From Ruditapes philippinarum (Eukaryota), in contig NW_026858706.1 in NCBI RefSeq assembly GCF_026571515.1, forward strand, positions 1-64,000: a DNA stretch of 64,000 nt, given 5' to 3'. The translations under genes and the position numbers were made by a program. The notes under the pieces are model-generated. The model worked only from the letters and a program-made list of their open reading frames with translations. It was not told the origin of the DNA and did no database searches. Each line of letters begins with the position of its first letter. Position 1 is the stretch's first letter. Below, in pieces: positions 1 to 14,570 of this stretch.

Positions 1-343
1 TTTAAAAATGTTATACTCACCAAGAGGATTTAGTATTTATAGGCTTACTTTTTTTAATAATTGGTCAAAATGAATTATAACATTTTAAAACTGTTTAAAA
101 CATAATTCGAAATAATGTATCAATACTATAAATACAAAAAGACACAAGTAAAATATTTTAACAAAATACTCCAACTTATGAAAAATATATACTAACCCCT
201 AGATAATTTCAAGCTTTTTTCAACTTTGTGTGTATATGTATGTTGTTACTCTATTACATACGAATATCTCAAATTGAATTTGTTAAATTATCTCATTGTA
301 TATATGTATAATTATGTATAATATCTGTGAATAAAAAACATGT

Positions 344-1100
344 TTGAGACGGAGCGAAAGTAATTTCCCTGCTCATATACTTGATTTTTTAGCTTTGAAA
401 TGGGCTGTCTGTGATAAGTTTCACGACTATCTTTATGGCAACCAATTTCTTGTTTCTACAGATAACAATCTTAAACTTATGTCCTGTCCTCAGTTAAGTT
501 GGACGCGACAGGTCATAGTTGGATTGCTGCTTTGTCTGCCTATGATTTTGATACCGTATATAAGTCAGGCAAACAGAATCAAGATTGTGATGGGTTATCT
601 CGCCGACCACAACTCTCAGCGATGCTGTCAAGGCAGTGTGCTTTGCTGATTCTGTCTCTCTTCTTCTGCTGAATGTTGCTCAGGAGAAGAGGGCCCTCTT
701 ATGGCTATTATAAATCTTTTTCTTCTAGTCAAATCAGTGGATTGGGCGTTTGATCAGGCTAAAGACACATATATATCTTCTATTATTTCCATCCAACGTT
801 CTGATTCTCGTCCGGGGGGGGGAGATGTCAAAAGACGTCAAATGTCTTCTTCGTGACTTCTCTCTTCTTTCTATCAAGGATGGTATTCTTTATCGTACCG
901 CCTCTCTGGATAGAGAAGAATTAAAACAACTTGTTATTCCTTACTCTCATAGGAATATTGCTTTACTGGTGTTCATGACAATGTAGGCCATACCCCCCTG
1001 GCTTGTAACGCCACCAATAACTCTTCTACAGGGTTTTCTCCTCATTCTCTGAAGTTCGGATGATATCCCCGTCTTTCTTTTGATGCCTATCTTGGTTTTT
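344..1100 (+). mobile_element. Decayed Ty3/Gypsy LTR retrotransposon pol fragment (RNase H and integrase pieces)
   Basis: Translation RRSESNFPAHILDFLALKWAVCDKFHDYLYGNQFLVSTDNN matches the Gypsy RT-RNaseH motif (E..Y..H.LEFLALKWAV..KF.DYLYG..F.V.TDNNPL). Downstream frames give DGILYR...QLVIP, HDNVGH (integrase Zn finger region) and STGFSP. Frameshifts and stops are present; no LTRs were seen. Confidence 0.85.
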
Positions 1101-3228
1101 TTCCTTGACATACCATTTCCTGACCAACCTGTATATAAAGTACAGCTTGATTCTCGAAAAAGGTCCTGTTTGAACCCTTCATATGAACATGCTTCATTGA
1201 TATCCCTGAGGAAGATGCAGATTTGTCTGTTGAAATTAAGCCTAAACCAAAACCTAGACGTGTTTCTATACAGAAAGAGTATGATGCTGATTCTAGCTTT
1301 TCTGAATCATCATCTGGTGTACACATCATACCACAGAAGAGAGTTTCTGCACAATACTCGCGTTGATTATGGACATTCTCGTGATACTCCTTCTATATCT
1401 ATTCCTTCTTCATACGTTCCCAGGATTCACACGAATAGGTTTTGCGACAATTAGTTGTTAAAAAAGAAATATAATATTTTTTAAAAGCACATCATGCCTT
1501 AGAAATCAATATGTTCCATCCTTTGTAAATGAAAAACGTGTGTAGAAAATGTTTCAATAATGAATTAAGAACATGGTAGATCTTTAAAAACTGAAGAAAA
1601 TAGTCCTGAAATTGCAATAGCGTGACATAAAGGTCGCCAAATGTAAACAAATAAATATTTTGACATCCATACAAAATACTAATACACGATAATTTTACAC
1701 CAATTGCCAATAGCAAAAGAAGCAAAGGATAGTTCTTCTTTATGGCAGATGTCTATTTTTTGGAAACAGTAAAAAGATGTTGAAATAAAATGTAAATAAA
1801 TTTTTTTTGGAGGAATAACAATGATGGTATATCTGAGGCATAATAGACCTTAAAGCAACAAGTGTTATTGAAACTAAACGATCTAAAAGTAATTTACTGT
1901 TAACACATATGGAAAACGGGTAACTTCCTGGATTGACAGTAAGGGACAGCAGGACAATGCTTATATAAATGACAATTATCATGCGCATTTCAATTACGAG
2001 TAGATAAATAATTCTTATCATCAATTTGTACAATCATTTACAACTGTATACATATTTGACCTTAACCACGGTATGGGACCGCACACCGGATATAATCGAA
2101 TCATGAGTCAAAACAAAATGGACAAAAAATACCCAGAGGTAAAAAAATATTCGAGTTCTCTGTTCATATGACACTAGTTTGAACTGGGTCGGATCTTATA
2201 TTTCCGTAAATACATGCAAGAAATGAAACACGTACCATTATCAAAAAAATCAAAATTTGAGGTTCTTTTTTCTATGAAATTGTTCCTTTAGAACAAAAAA
2301 TCTTGTTTCTTTATTGACATCGTCCAAAAATAAAAATTCTGAATCGACAGTTTTCTTAAACTATTTAACATGTACTCACATACAATTTTGTAGTAAGACA
2401 AACAGTAGATTTCTACAGTGATGAATTTAAATGCCACTCCTAGTGTACTGGGTGTAGTTGGTTATCAAATGTTATGAATATACTTTACTGGATAAATTAA
2501 TAATAATAATAGTAATAATAAAACTCAAGATATAAATCATCATTTGATACATTTTGACTTAATAATATTACTAATAAATGTTGACCTAATATACAACTAT
2601 TGTTATGTATTCAAATTAAAGTCACAGATCTGACACAGTGTAAAATAACTTGATAAAATGTAATTAGTATATTTCTGATAATATCTAAGTAAAATTGTTA
2701 ATATTTGATCCGATAATGATTTATATTGGGGAATCACATGGTGCAAACGTTGGAAGTTCATTGGCTCAATCTTATAAAGTGCGAAATATATATATTTTGG
2801 GTAGAAAAAAATCATCAATTATTATTATTGTCATTATTATGCAATTTGCATAGTCATTACGAAACTAAAATTTAAAACTGATTTTCGGTTTGTGTCTAAG
2901 AGTTTTTTTCTTTACCTTACAGAAACCACTATTTTTCACATCAATATAAACTCAACTACAATGCACAGTCACACGTGTTTTTAAAAACCGATAGGGGAAG
3001 CTGCAAAATGTATTTTTGTTAAAAGGTAGTCTCTCTTTACATCTTAATATATTATTCATGACAGCACATGAGCAATGACATTTGTGTCCATTGTGTAAGC
3101 ACAATGCCAATAACACGTGTTTTACTTTATCACATACCTGTACCACTTTTGTGACAGGGCTCGTATAATACAATTTTAATAAATCCATTATTGAACGCAT
3201 ATTCATTTCCACTATTTAAACACGATTT

Positions 3229-4638
3229 AATTTTTATGCCCCCGCCATGTAATGGCCGGGGCATATAGTGTTACCCTGTTCTGTCATTCCGTCCTTCCGT
3301 CATTCTGTCATTCCGTCATCATCAGTTTCCGTTCATTATCTTAAGAACGGTTGCACACATTCAACTCAAATTTGACATATGGATATGCCATGAGAAAATA
3401 CAGGTCAAGTTTGAATTTGGTCATGGTTCGATGATTATGCCCCTTTTACTTTGAAAATAATATGAAATTTCAGTTTCCGTTCATTATCTCCCCCAACAGT
3501 ACAACACATTTAACTCAACCTTGGCATATGGATATGTCATGAGAAAATACCAGGTCAAAGTTCGAATTTGGTCATGGTTCGATGATTTTTTGGCAGAGTT
3601 ATGCCCCTTTTACTTTTTGAAAATAATATGAAATTTTTCAGTTTTCCGTTCATTATCTCCTCAACGATACAACACATTAACTCAAACTTGACATATGGAT
3701 ATGCCATTGAGAAAATACAGGTCAGTTTGAATTTGGTCATGGTTTGATGATTTTTGGCAGAGTTATGCCCCTTTTACTTTTGAAAACAATATGAAATTTT
3801 CAGTTCCGTTCATTGTACTCCCCAAAGGTACAACACATTCAACTTCAAACTTGACATTTGGAATCCGTCAAAGGTGCAATGCGCAGGTCCAAGTTCAAAT
3901 TTGGTCTATGGCTTCAATGATTTTTTGCAGAGTGTATTCCCTTTCACTTTGAAGTATATATGAAATTTTCAGTTTCTGTTTATTATCTCCCCAATGGTAC
4001 AACACATTCAACTCAAATTTTGACATATGGATATGTTTTTTGGAATGCCCAGGCCCAAGTTCGGAATTTGGTCATGGTTCAATGATTTTTGGCAGAGTAA
4101 TGACCCTTTCAACTTTGAAAATAAATTTTAATTTACAGTTTCTGTTCATTATCTACCCAACAGTGTTACATATTTCAACTTAAATTTGACATATGGATAT
4201 GTCAAAGGAATGGGCAGGTCAAGTTTGAATTTGGTCATGGTTTGATGATTTTTTGGCAGAGTTATGTCCCTTTCACTTTGAAAATATATAGATACATCTT
4301 TAGGAATAAGCAGTTTATGTTTGAATTTGGTCGTCGTTTCAATGATTTTAGACAAACTTATCTTTTCCTGAATGTTGGAAAATTTTTTGAAACTTTTCAG
4401 TTCCAGCATCACTCATACTTTAGCCATTATTTTTTTGGCTACAAATATGCAATATGCTATTTTTAAAAGGTTAAGACTGAATAATTTCAGTGCCTTGAAC
4501 ATTGTATGAAAATGGTTTGTGTTAACATTGAAAAGTTTTAAGGGCTTTGAACTTAAAATGAAAAAAAATAATTAATGCACCATCTGAAATTTTGGCTGCA
4601 TGCGGGGGCATCCGTGGAATGATGACACATTTCTAGTT
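3229..4638 (+). mobile_element. Helentron/HINE-type non-autonomous element with an internal ~140-bp tandem array
   Basis: T-run, then subterminal IR ATGCCCCCGC (3236) and its nearby inverse GGGGGCAT. This is followed by a TCCG/TCAT microsatellite, about 7 tandem copies of a ~140-bp unit (ttcagtttccgttcattatc...caggtcaagtttgaatttggtcatggttc), the 3' subterminal IR GCGGGGGCAT (~4602), a short stem-loop and a CTAGTT end. Confidence 0.8.
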
Positions 4639-5509
4639 AAAACATAACTGCATCAAGGTTAGTATAAATAGTTCATGTTTCCCACTTTTCAAAGGAAAAA
4701 AACAAACTCAAAAGTAATCTCAAAAGTATTGGAGTACTATGTTTGACAAATTAATACTTGCATAAATTATATGCCGGTAAACATTATACACTTATATTGG
4801 CAGCAAAAATAATTTTTTAAGTGTTCATTAACTGTTGTTTTTTTAATAATGTTGCGTTTTTTCATTTCTGACATGTATTAAAGGAAATATAAAATCAAAC
4901 CGGGTTCAAATAGGTGTCATATGAGAAACCGAATATTCTTACCTCTGGTAATTTCCTCCGAACTTATTTTTTTCTCTCAAAACACGATTATATCCGTTGC
5001 AAGTCACATACCGTGTTAAGTAGCACTAATCAAATTTAATGTTCACTGTTTTACCTTGTTAATTTTAAACTGTAAATATAACATGTACTTAAATGTTTAC
5101 ATACCGAGCGCAGTTTATAGTCACAATATCACGATAACAATGAAATTGTTACAATTTCAATCGCCGAATATGGCTTCAAATATCATTTCCACAGTCTTAT
5201 ATGATTTTTAGCCAATAAAACTTAGACACCTCACAACAAAAAAGTAAGTACACATGTCATTTTCTGTTTCACATTTTTTACTTGGAAGAGAGGGATGGCT
5301 TTTCAAGGAAGCATGATAAAAATAAATGATATATGACGCTTCGACTTTGTCTTCATTGCTTTATGTTCTACGGATAATGGTTTTACCTGATTAAGTTGTT
5401 TTATTATTAACAGTTTTGTACGCCCCCGTCTATACTGGTCTTGTGCCCTCTTCCTTTCTTGTTCAGAAAATTATTGTGAAGTGAACACGGAATGTAATTC
5501 AAACAATGT

Positions 5510-5945
5510 AAATTACCAAAAAGAGGCCCAAATATATATAATTCGCTCTTACTACGTTAGGCACGCAGGAAAAACATTGTGATAAATACTGCAATATATT
5601 AAAGCGGCATTCAGGTTTTATTTTCTGTTGGAAAAAACTATTCTGTGTTGTTTCAAACTAACTTTTTCAGTAATTCTACCTTTGAAAAGTGCATCATATC
5701 ACTGTTATGCCTTCTTTAAAACAGCGTACCGAGTGCTAGACCGGTGTTGTATGAATCGTCTGCTTTATGAGATCGAGCCGGTAGATTAGAGGTATCGAAG
5801 GGTTTCCTTATTGATTGTGTCGTCTGTAAATTTCCTTATCCACCTTTTATCATTTGACAATTATGTGAAACGATTTATCAAAAATATCATATTTAATCTT
5901 GAGGAAGCTTAATCGCGCATAACATGAAAATTATTACTTGAATTT
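5510..5945. mobile_element. Nested remnants of two TTAA-type MITE families
   Basis: 5598-5900 is a diverged copy of the element at 33033-33410. It interrupts sequence (5510-5597, ~5925-5945) that resembles the element at 35980-36326. Confidence 0.6.
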
Positions 5946-7289
5946 TTTATTTTATTTTTTTTTATTTTTCTCTGGAACAAGGTTTGAACATAACGTATGT
6001 CCAAGGTTGTGATAAAATTTTGTACATTTTTCTCAATTATATATTTTTTTAAATATTTTAGTGTAATTAAAAACAATTTTACCAGAAAAGAAGTAATTTG
6101 CTGATTTTGATATCATTCAAAATATTTAAACTAAAATAAAGAATGAATGTAACACTATTTTCTGTCGTGTACAGGATGAGGGGTGTATCTTGCTTTATTT
6201 TGCGTTTAAGCCAAATAATTCTGAAAAGCGGCAATCCCTCAGGAGCATTAACAAAAACATTTTTACATGAATTTTGGAGTCTTTTGGTTGCATTTCTGTT
6301 CATGACAGATAATGTAAAAGTGAGACATCACTCAAATCTTCAGCACTAATGTCCTTGAATCAATGATCAAGAAGTACCTGAAAAATATAACAACACTTAA
6401 GTTCAGTTAGAGGTTTGGACGAAAGGGCCGCTTAGAGAAATCTTGACTTAAAAGGGGGTTTTACAGGAATATAATATTATAAAAATCAAAGGATTATCTT
6501 TTTAACTAAAGTCATAAAAAACTGAAGTACTATAAGTAATGCAAAATGTATAGCGTGTTAGGTGTGCACTACTTTGAATACTTCTGATGTTATAAACTAT
6601 TGGGGAAAATATCTACTTACTTACTACGTTGTCACTATTGTATTCAATGTGGAGTTTTCCTTGTTTTAATCTGTTAATGAATTGTGGTGTGTGTTTTTTT
6701 CATCATGACAACGTACGAGATATAATCAAGGAAAATATTTTTAAAATGATGATAAAAAAGATAACTAAAATGTTTGGGCTTTACCATGAATTGCAGTTTT
6801 TACATGCAGTTTGGGTCACTGACGCTTTTAAACTAACCTCTTTTGGGCTGCACATATACAAGTATTGTCAATAATAAAGAATTGTTGCATATAACTTGTT
6901 TTCTTTACTTAACTCTTAATTTTCATTCGATTTAGTTAAACAAAAATCATAAACACATAACATTATAATATTATTAGTAAGTTCAGACATCCATAACATA
7001 CATTTCTAGTCGTGATGAAACGTTCCATTGTCTACAGCGAAGTGTCCAATTAAATTTCTTAAGTAATAATATAAGTAACGTTTTTTTTGTGTGAAATGTT
7101 GTATAGATATTCAAGTAAATTATGTTACTGTACATATAATAAAGAAATGTTGATTTCAATAAAAACATACTACATTGAAATGAAGTTTTTACGAGTCTCG
7201 TTAGAAGGGCTTAGATACCTGCATGTAAACGCTTAAAACTGTAACTAATTTAGGTACATATGTAAGTGTTAAACATCTCATTATATCCT

Positions 7290-10200
7290 TGGGAACGTGC
7301 TAAACTTAAGGTATGCACACTAAATATGAATATTAAGATATGCAAACTAAGCGTGCAATTTAAAGAAATATTTACTAAGCGTGCAATAACATGATATAGA
7401 TATTTAACGTCCAATGGTTAAACATACACACTAAGCGTGAATCGTTAAATAACTATGAAAAAACGTGTAGTGTTAAGGTATGCATACAAAGTGTGCACTG
7501 TTTAGATATACGTACTTACGTGCAGTGTTAAGGTATGTATACTTAGCGAGCAACGTTTAAGTATGCAAACTAAGCGTGTAATGATAAGGAATGCATACTA
7601 AGCGAGCAATGTGAAGGTATGCATGCTAGGCGGGTAATGATTAGTATACATTCTGAGCGTGCAACGTTAAGGTATAGTTACTAAGCGTGTAATGTAAAGG
7701 TAGGCATACTAAGAGTACAAAGTTAAGGCTTTCACACTAAATGAGCAATGTTAATTTTTGCATTCTAGGCGTGCAATGTTAAGGTATGCATGCTGAGCGT
7801 GTAATGTCAAAGTCAGCATGCTAATCAAGTAATGTTTAGGTTTGCGTACTAAGCATGTTATGCTTAGGTAAAACATACTAAGTTACAGTGTTAATGTATG
7901 CATTTTAAGCGTGCAATTTCATGGTATGTATTCTTAGCGAGCAATGTTAAAGTATTTACACAAAGCGAGCAGTGTAAATGTAGCATAGTTAACGAGCAAT
8001 GTTAAGGTAATAACACTTCGCTAGCAATGTTTATGTATGCATACTAAGCGGACATTGTTAAGGTATGAATACTAAGCGGACAATGCTAAGGTATGCATAC
8101 TAAGTGAGCAATGTGTAGGTAATCATACTTCGCCAGCAATGGTAAGTTATGCATACTTAGCGGGTAATGTTAAGGGATGCATACTGACTAACTAAGTGAG
8201 CAAAGTTCAGGTTTTCATAATAATTAAGCATCATTAGATGCATACAAGCGAGCAATGTTAAGGAATTCATACTCAGCGAGCAATGTTAAGGTATTCATAC
8301 TCAGCGAGCAATGTTAAGGTATTCATACTCAGCGAGCAATGTTAAGATATTCATACTAAGCGTGCAATGTTAAGGTATTCATACTACGCAAGCAATGTTA
8401 AGGTATTCATACTTCGCGAAAAAATGTTAAGGTATTCATACTCAGCGAGCAATGTTAAGGTATTCATACTCAGCGAGCAATGTTAAGGTATTCATACTCA
8501 GCGAGCAATGTTAAGATATTCATACTAAGCGTACAATGTTAAGGTATTCATACTCAGCGAGCAATGTTAAGATATTCATACTAAGCGTGCCAATGTTAAA
8601 GTATGCATTCTACGCGAGCAATGTTAAGGAATTCATACTAAGCGAGCAAATGTTAAGGTATTCATACTAAACGAGCAATGTTAAGGTATTCATACTATGC
8701 GAGCAATGTTAAGATATTCATACTCAGCGAGCAATGTTAAGGAATTCATACTAAGCGAGCAATGTTAAGGTATCCATAATACGCGAGCAATGTTAAGGTA
8801 TGCATACTCAGCGAGCAATGTTAAGGTATTCATACTCAGCGAGCAATGTTAAGGTATTCATACTCAGCGAGCAATGTTAAGATATTCATACTAAGCGTGC
8901 AATGTTAAGCTATTCATACTACGCGAGCAATGTTAAGGTATTCATACTACGCGAGCAATGTTAAGGTATTCATACTACGCGAGCAATGTTAAGGTATGCA
9001 TACTCAGCGAGCAATGTTAAGGTTCATACTACGCGAGCAATGTTAAAGTATTCATACTCAGCGAGCAATCTTAAGGAATTCATACTCAGCGAGCAATGTT
9101 AAGATATTCATACCACGCGAGCAATGTTAAGGTATTTATACTCAGCGAGCAATGTTAAGGAATTCATACTCAGCGAGCAATGTTAAGAATTCATACTCAG
9201 CGAGCAATGTTAAGCTATTCATACTAAGCGTGCAATGTTAAGGTATTCATACTACGCGAGCAATGTAAAGGTATTCATACTACGCGAGCAATGTTAAGGT
9301 ATTCATATTACGCGAGCAATGTTAAGGTATTCATACTATGCGAGCAATGTTATGTTATTAATACTACGCGAGCAATGTTAAGGTATTCATACTACGCGAG
9401 CAATAATAAGGTATTTAATACAACGCGAGCAATGTTAAGGTATTCATACTACGCGAGCAATGTTAAGGTATTCATACTACGCGAGCAATGTTAAGGTATG
9501 CATACTAGGCGAGCAATGTTAAGGAATTCATACAAGCGAGCAATGTTAAGGTATTCATACTAAGCGAGCAATGTTAAGGAATTCATACTAGGCGAGCAAT
9601 GTTAAGGAATTCATGCTAAGCGAGCAATGTTAAGGTATAAATACTTCACAAGCAATGATAATTTACGCATGCTAAGCGGACAATGCTCAAGGACGCATAC
9701 TTAGCGAGAAAAGTTAAGGTATGCATACTAATCGGGCAATTTTAAACAATGCATACGATACTACTAAGCAGGCACTGTCAAGGTATGCATACTAAGGACA
9801 CTATGTTAACTATGCATACTAAGCGAGCCATGATAAGGTATTCATACTAAGCGAGCAATGTAAGGGTATGCTTACCAAGCGGGCAGTGTTAAAGAATGCA
9901 ATCTAAGCGTACAATGTTAAGGTATGCAAATTAAGCGAGCAATGTTAAGGTTTTTATACTAAGTGAACAATGTTTAGGTTTTAATAATTCACAAGCAATG
10001 ATAAGGTACGTATACTAAGCAGGCAATGCTGAGGGATACATATTTAGCTAGCCCTGTTAAGGTATTCATACTAAGGGAGCAATGTTCATGTAATCATACT
10101 CAGCCACCATTGTTAAGGTCTGCATACGAGCCTATTAAGCAAGCACTGTCAAGGTATGCATATTAAGCGAGCAATATTAAGGTATGCATGATAACCAGAC

Positions 10201-10350
10201 AATGTAAAGATACACACACAAAGCGAGCAATGTTAAGGTATGCATACAAAGCGGGAAATGTTAAGGTCTGTATACTAAGCGGGAAATGATGAGGTGTGTA
10301 TACTAAGTGGGAAATGTAAAGGTATGTATACTAAACGGGAAATGGTAGTG
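7290..10350. repeat. 28-bp minisatellite (consensus CAGCGAGCAATGTTAAGGTATTCATACT), roughly 100-110 copies
   Basis: Period of 28 read directly (tcagcgag at 8273 and 8301). The core at about 8250-9640 is homogeneous and both flanks are progressively degenerate. Confidence 0.95.
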
Positions 10351-11254
10351 TATACATTATTAGCCTAAAATGTTACTATAGTGTATACAAGCTGAACATA
10401 CAATATTTGGATTATACGTTTGTACAAATGTTAGGAATGAGTTTCTTAATATTCATTATCACACATAATTTTGCAAAATATTCATCTGCTAGAAGATAAA
10501 ATGATTATTAATATAATGAATGGAAAAATTAACAACAGATGATATAAGACTAAACAATAGTAAACATAATTTGCGGAGTATACGATAATGTAACTGTGTA
10601 TTACGATTCAATATTTAATGTGATTTATGACCATTACAGAAGATTCAAAATTTTGGATCCATGCTTTTATCATTTTGTCTATTTCGGTCATTGAAGTTAT
10701 ATCCTTATATCAGGTTCTTTCCATAAAAACAGTTTTTGACCTAAATTACCATAAGTTGTTTGTACAGTTATGGCCTTATATGGTTATAATTTATCGAGCT
10801 TTACGCCGAAAAGAAGACTTCCTAATGTAACACAGCCCATTTTGTTATATATTGCTGTTTTGTCCTTTTTTTGACCACATTAATTGCATATAATATCATA
10901 CTGTATATTGCGTGATGTAAACGATTCAGTAGTCACCAGAAGGAAGATAAATACTGCAAAAACTGCAACATGCTTTCTTGCATTACATTAACTGTTTGTT
11001 TTATATACTTGCAAGTAACTACGTTCATTTGAACATGATGCTATTGCATAATGAAGGTTATGGATCATAATCGTAATGAAAGATGATGGTTAGGCAAAAT
11101 GATGATAATGCAATAGGATGCTAATACAAGATGGCGGTTGACAAAATGATGATTATGCAACTTGATGGTAATGCAACATGAAGGTAAATCTATTTTGACT
11201 GCATTATTGTAACATAATGCACGGTCCAAGTTCAAAAGCGTAGGAATATTATCA

Positions 11255-11465
11255 GGGAAGCCGAGAGGCCTGAGTGATTAATTACCAAAGCATGTGAACG
11301 ATACTAAGGATTGTTGGGCGCATGGGTTGAAACCTCGCCAGGGGCAAGCCGTTGCTTCCTTAAGCAAAGAAACTGTACACCCATTGTTTAATACTGGAAC
11401 GGATTGCGGACTGTTCCAATCAGGTTGTAGCTTCCAATATATTCAATTAAATAAATCCGTACAAA
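11255..11465 (+). mobile_element. Degenerate tRNA-derived SINE
   Basis: A/B-box-like GGCCTGAGTG and GGGTTGAAACC, followed by a core-like ccttaagcaaagaaactgtacacccattg...tactgg and an A-rich tail. Confidence 0.5.
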
Positions 11466-12429
11466 CTTAACATTTAAGTGCTCGTCATGTTTCACGATTT
11501 ATAAATATCCATATTATATAGCCATAAGATATGTTCATTTCTACAGGTGTATAAAGAAATGATTTACTTTATCTGTTCTTCAATTTAAGAAAATACGAAA
11601 ATTTTGCTTCGTATTCAGTTATAAGGTATCACCATGTTTCAAGGTTAATACGTCCATATAATATCATATAACCAGTTGATTACGTCTTCAGGCGGAAAGG
11701 TAAATAACGTGAAAGATGATACTTAACATGTGTACCTATCCTTTAAAATAAAAAATGTACTTAAGATGATTTTCCTTTAAATTTAGAACGGAATGTGGAC
11801 GTAATATCGTTTGAATTAATAATAAGAAAAGGGATATAACAATAACATATACATTTAAAGGAAAAGACCAGGCTACGTATTTCAAATATTCTTTAAAGTT
11901 CTTACACGAAAATTGTTTTAGCTTTAAACGACCTTGAACTATATTTGTTACTTAAAATGTATTATAGAAAGTTGATCACATACAAAACATTTTGACGTTT
12001 TGTAGTTAAGATGGTCCGTAAAAGAGGTCTGTAATACCATAAATAATTATTTTGATAGTATTTAGCATTATACATGACCAAAAACCATGATAGAATCATA
12101 AATGCATGGTAATGGCAAATATATAACATGATCCGATTTTAAATATCTGTATATAGCAAATAATAAATAATTCTAGAACAAAATGATATTTTCATCATAA
12201 AACTTTTTATATTAAATCATTTAAGAAATATTTTATAAGAATATACCAATGATATATTTCTATCGTTTTATACATATAGAAAATGTGTCAATAGTAGACC
12301 GTACTTGTGCTGGGATGATATATTGGTCTAAACGGTACTTGGGAAAGTCCATAATAAAGTTGCATTATCCGAGATTGAGAGTGTAGGCAACTATTAAATA
12401 TTTTAATTCTAATAAGATGTGTACCGTCC

Positions 12430-12505
12430 TGTCGTAGTGGCTCAGTTGGTAAATCAACGTCACTGCAACTACACATAGGTTCGAACCCTACGCTCAGCCA
12501 TGTTA
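12430..12505 (+). repeat. tRNA-derived SINE head or tRNA pseudogene
   Basis: TGGCTCAGTTGGTA (A box) and GGTTCGAACCC (B box) at tRNA-like spacing; no intact cloverleaf. Confidence 0.5.
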
Positions 12506-12645
12506 CAATGATGATATTATGTTTCCCCTTTTTTACTTTGTCTGTCTTTTGATTGATCATTTGAATATATTTTTTTTCTTTTAAATTTCCACTTCTTTTT
12601 CTTTCTTTTTTATTTCCTTTTTCTTCCCCTCTTTGTAATGAAAAC

Positions 12646-13406
12646 CATAGGAACTCGGGAACGTGACCGCAAATTGCGCATGCGGCGCATATTTCCAGTC
12701 ATGTAACGGTTTTTAACAGCTAAATATCTTTAAGTATTATCCGAGTGTTTGGCCTCAAAGAATAAATTATCAACTGAACACAATCTGTTACAAAATGGTC
12801 AAATTTTACGGTATGGAGTGACATCCTCCATTTGCCGCAACGTTAGTCATGAGTTTTTCACTTTTGGCTACGCTTGATCACTATTTATTTCAAGAATTTT
12901 GTTCCCGTTATAGTTGTCAATTATCAGGTATCGTCCGGATATAACTAACACGGTTAATTGATATGTATGGGCAACATTATAACGGGCGTATTCGTGTTTT
13001 GATTTGTTAACATGAAGAAAACACTTCGGTGATATAGTCAAACTAAAACATGATCCATAGATAAATATTTAAGGTGCGAGGACTACTCATCTGATATTCA
13101 TTACTAGGAAATGTCAAAGTTTTCCAGGTAATGGGTTACTTGAAGAGAATACTAGAAAAAATTAAACAAAATATCAAGCTTACCAATGGGTAACTTACGC
13201 CAGACGTTGCGGTAAATGGCGGATGTCACTCCTTTTCTTTTCTTTTCTATCAGATTTTTTTAAACTAGCAGATTTTATTTATAAATCAAGATTTTATTAC
13301 TTAAGACCACTCACTCGGATTATATGAAAAGATATTCAAAGGTTGCAGCCGGTACAGATTCAGATTTATGCGTTGCAATATGCAGTTCTGTTTCCGAGTT
13401 CCTATG
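12646..13406. mobile_element. 761-bp MITE with 8-bp TSD (P/hAT-like)
   Basis: TIR CATAGGAACTCGG...CCGAGTTCCTATG. Exact TSD ATGAAAAC at 12638-12645 and 13407-13414. Internal inverted repeat at ~12815-12843 and ~13204-13232. Confidence 0.9.
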
Positions 13407-14094
13407 ATGAAAACTACTGCATGTCAAGTGATTAATTTAAAAAAATTGGATTTAACTTTTTAAAAATCAAGCTATTTTAAACACACTACGATTACGCAAT
13501 ATTAATAATTTTACTATAAGGATCAATATATAACACGCTTTACTTCATTTTATTTTTTACATTTCAGATAATACCTTTTCCTGATGTTTCACACTTTCTC
13601 TAACTTTACACAAGTGCATAACAACCCATGTACAAAAATATCCTATGTCATGCGTTTGTAAGTATTTGAAACAAAAACCAGTCAAATGAATAAGAAAAAG
13701 ATACCTAAAACACCCAATGCATTAAAACAACACATAAGGCTTCAATCTGCCGTACATATTTTTCGCATTGAAATCAATCTTTGTTATGTGAACAAAGGCT
13801 CAAGTTACCATCCTAAATGTTAAGGGTTTAAAATCAGTAGCAGTTACAAACCAACCTTTGGGTCATTTACCTCTGTGCCAAAAATATACATGTAAGTCAC
13901 ACAGCAGAGTAAATCAAAATCTACATTACATTTGGGGTTGTCCTTTTTACCAAATTTTATTTCATTTAAAATATTTCTCTGATGTTTTTAGAAGTGAAGA
14001 AATGTTATGTGAAATATAAGTCTTTTTAAACAAAACAATCACACACCCATAAACAGTATAGAAGACACTGAGACAAAGTGTGACTAAGCGTAAT

Positions 14095-14570
14095 TTAGCG
14101 ATGACAATGATGACAGAGGCGATGATAAAAATAATTTTTGTGATAATAAAAATTTTATGATGGATGTAAGAATTATAGTTAAACTGATGATTGATGATAA
14201 AAATGATGAAAGATATGATGATTTTTGTCTAGATTATGATGTAGGTTATGATAATTTGATGATGCTGATGATAATGATGAAACAGGTGATAATATAGATG
14301 ATTTTGATAATTATGATGTAGGGGAAGATGGTTTTTCACCTTAATGATGATATTGACAATGACAACGACGATTATAATTATGATGATAATTTTGATGAAA
14401 ATAATTATTTTGTGATTACTATGATTTTGATGTTAATGATGATCGAGGTGTTAGAAACTATGACTTTGATGATGATGAGATAGAGGTTATGATAATAATA
14501 AAAATAGCTTTGTGTTCATGCTGATAATTTTGGTGCTGATGATGATGATGATGTTGATGATAATAATTTT
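14095..14570. repeat. Degenerate (GAT)n low-complexity tract
   Basis: Dense GAT/GAC/AAT triplets with no long ORF. Confidence 0.75.

Noticed and set aside
5598-5900. Similarity to 33030-33400 as evidence of a segmental duplication of the cGLR locus
   Set aside because: The 33033-33410 copy has TIRs and TTAA TSDs, so these are dispersed MITE copies.
6079-6380. Possible minus-strand exon or 74-aa ORF
   Set aside because: No recognisable motif and no consistent partner exons.
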